From Spirogloea muscicola (lineage: Eukaryota), in the NCBI GenBank assembly GCA_009602725.1, contig WELB01000007.1, positions 1,134,336 through 1,182,192 on the forward strand: DNA of 47,857 nucleotides. The letters are read 5' to 3'. Positions within the stretch are counted from its first letter, which is position 1, and each line of letters opens with the position of its first letter. Below, piece after piece: positions 46,891 through 47,857 of this stretch. The notes beneath the pieces were generated by a model that did no database searches, was not told the DNA's origin, and saw nothing but the letters and a program-made list of their open reading frames with translations. Made by a program: the position numbers and the translations under genes.

Positions 46891-47100
46891 GAAAGCAAGG
46901 TACTAAGTGCTGAGACGGCAGCAAGGGGACTCTCAGTAAACGTCTAGTCAGTAGATACAAATGGGAATAGGTAGCAGGCGGATAGACGCTAAAGAAACGG
47001 TGTTAAAGGAACAGCTCTTCCAATTCACAAGTGAAAAGCCAGCCCGAGAAGAGTTGACAAGGCCGAAAGAGCAAGCGCGGCCAGATTAACTGGTGGCTGG

Positions 47101-47857
47101 GAGAGAGAGAGAGAAAGAAGAGTGCGCGCCCATAGGGAAAGGCGCGCGGGGCGCATGAAATGAAAAGGGAGGCCAATTCAAGCCAATACACAGTTCAAGC
47201 AGAGGCGAGTGCAAAGTAAACAAGGCTACATAATATAGAGACCTAAACTAGGGTGCCTAAGGTGACATTAGTACCCACGGGAGAGCACGAACAAATCGGA
47301 CAAGCTGACTTGGGGAGCTGGAGCGCCGCCACGAAAGCCGGAGGCCCGACTTAGAGCGCGCCCTGCACGTTGATGAAGAGCGGCTTGCGAGCGCAGCAAA
47401 CAAATCGAGAGCCGCATTCTATAGTATGCAATTAAGGCCTGTGGAATGCTGGAGTGGCCCAAGCTGCCCCCCCGACTTTTACGACGCGCATCAACCAGCC
47501 GGGCCAGATGCTGGATCAGAGAGGACCATTTCAAGCCGTAGCCGCCATAGATATCCATGGCACACGGGCAAAGATGGTCCCCTCGGGGATGGTCCTGGTA
47601 GTGCCGCTCCTTCTTGCGCTCCGCGCTGGACGTGGCCCAGCCAGACACGGTTGACGTGGGTGTGCCAGCCTTGTATGCGTCGATCAGTACCACGTCCAGG
47701 AGCAGACGAGGCCCACCGCCCCGGGGGGTGGCGACCACGTCCAGACGCCGCACGTATGGCTTGCCGCGCCTGAAGGAGATTGGCATGATGCCGGACACCT
47801 CCATCGCCGGATGATACCCCGCCTCTCGCAAAATTCCAAACATTGTATCCCTGAGTA
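47101..47857 (-). mobile_element. CRE-like RLE retrotransposon 3' part (endonuclease domain, stop, 3' UTR, (TC)n tail), continues beyond window
   Basis: ORF 47268..47843 ILREAGY...E...RRLDVVATP...LLLDVV...AERKKERHY...PCAMDIYG...RMRLSICLLRSQA...LSRGY* has the PD-(D/E)xK RLE layout. The UTR ends ...CGCGCGCCTTTC(TC)n near 47101. Confidence 0.88.

Overview
Eukaryotic, intron-rich, GC-rich genomic DNA, most likely from a streptophyte alga or early-diverging plant. This is inferred from the RLK/Pelle kinase, FPA, TBL-like and plant-type HAC1 genes and from TTTAGGG motifs. It is a draft assembly with N gaps at 5681, 9323, 15284-15613, 24098-24456, 36512 and 41486-41513. Spliced genes in order: WD40 protein (5'-partial, +), TBL/PC-esterase-like SGNH protein (+), RraA/HMG-aldolase (-), an orphan RLK/Pelle kinase exon (-) joined head-to-head to an N-terminally incomplete ATG6/Beclin (+), FPA-like RRM-SPOC protein with polyQ (+), ABC1/COQ8 kinase (+), HAC1/CBP-p300 acetyltransferase (-), a single-lobe secreted transferrin-like protein with altered iron ligands (-), and a CPBP/CAAX protease (+). 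The most striking signal is four intergenic clusters (about 4.3-5.2, 13.1-15.3, 21.6-23.9 and 44.6-47.9 kb) built from many diverged families of a CRE-like restriction-endonuclease (RLE) non-LTR retrotransposon. Their ORFs end in a conserved ...LLTRGY* peptide. Most carry a shared ~90-nt 3' element with a GGGCTGGC/CCAGCCC hairpin and end in CTTCTC/(TC)n rather than poly(A). They are nested inside one another as a ladder of 3'-anchored insertions of about 13, 19, 29, 40, 44, 55, 158, 210, 262 and 417 nt, each flanked by its own target-site duplication; removing several of them restores the host reading frame. All alignments and exon boundaries were made by eye and no database searches were run.
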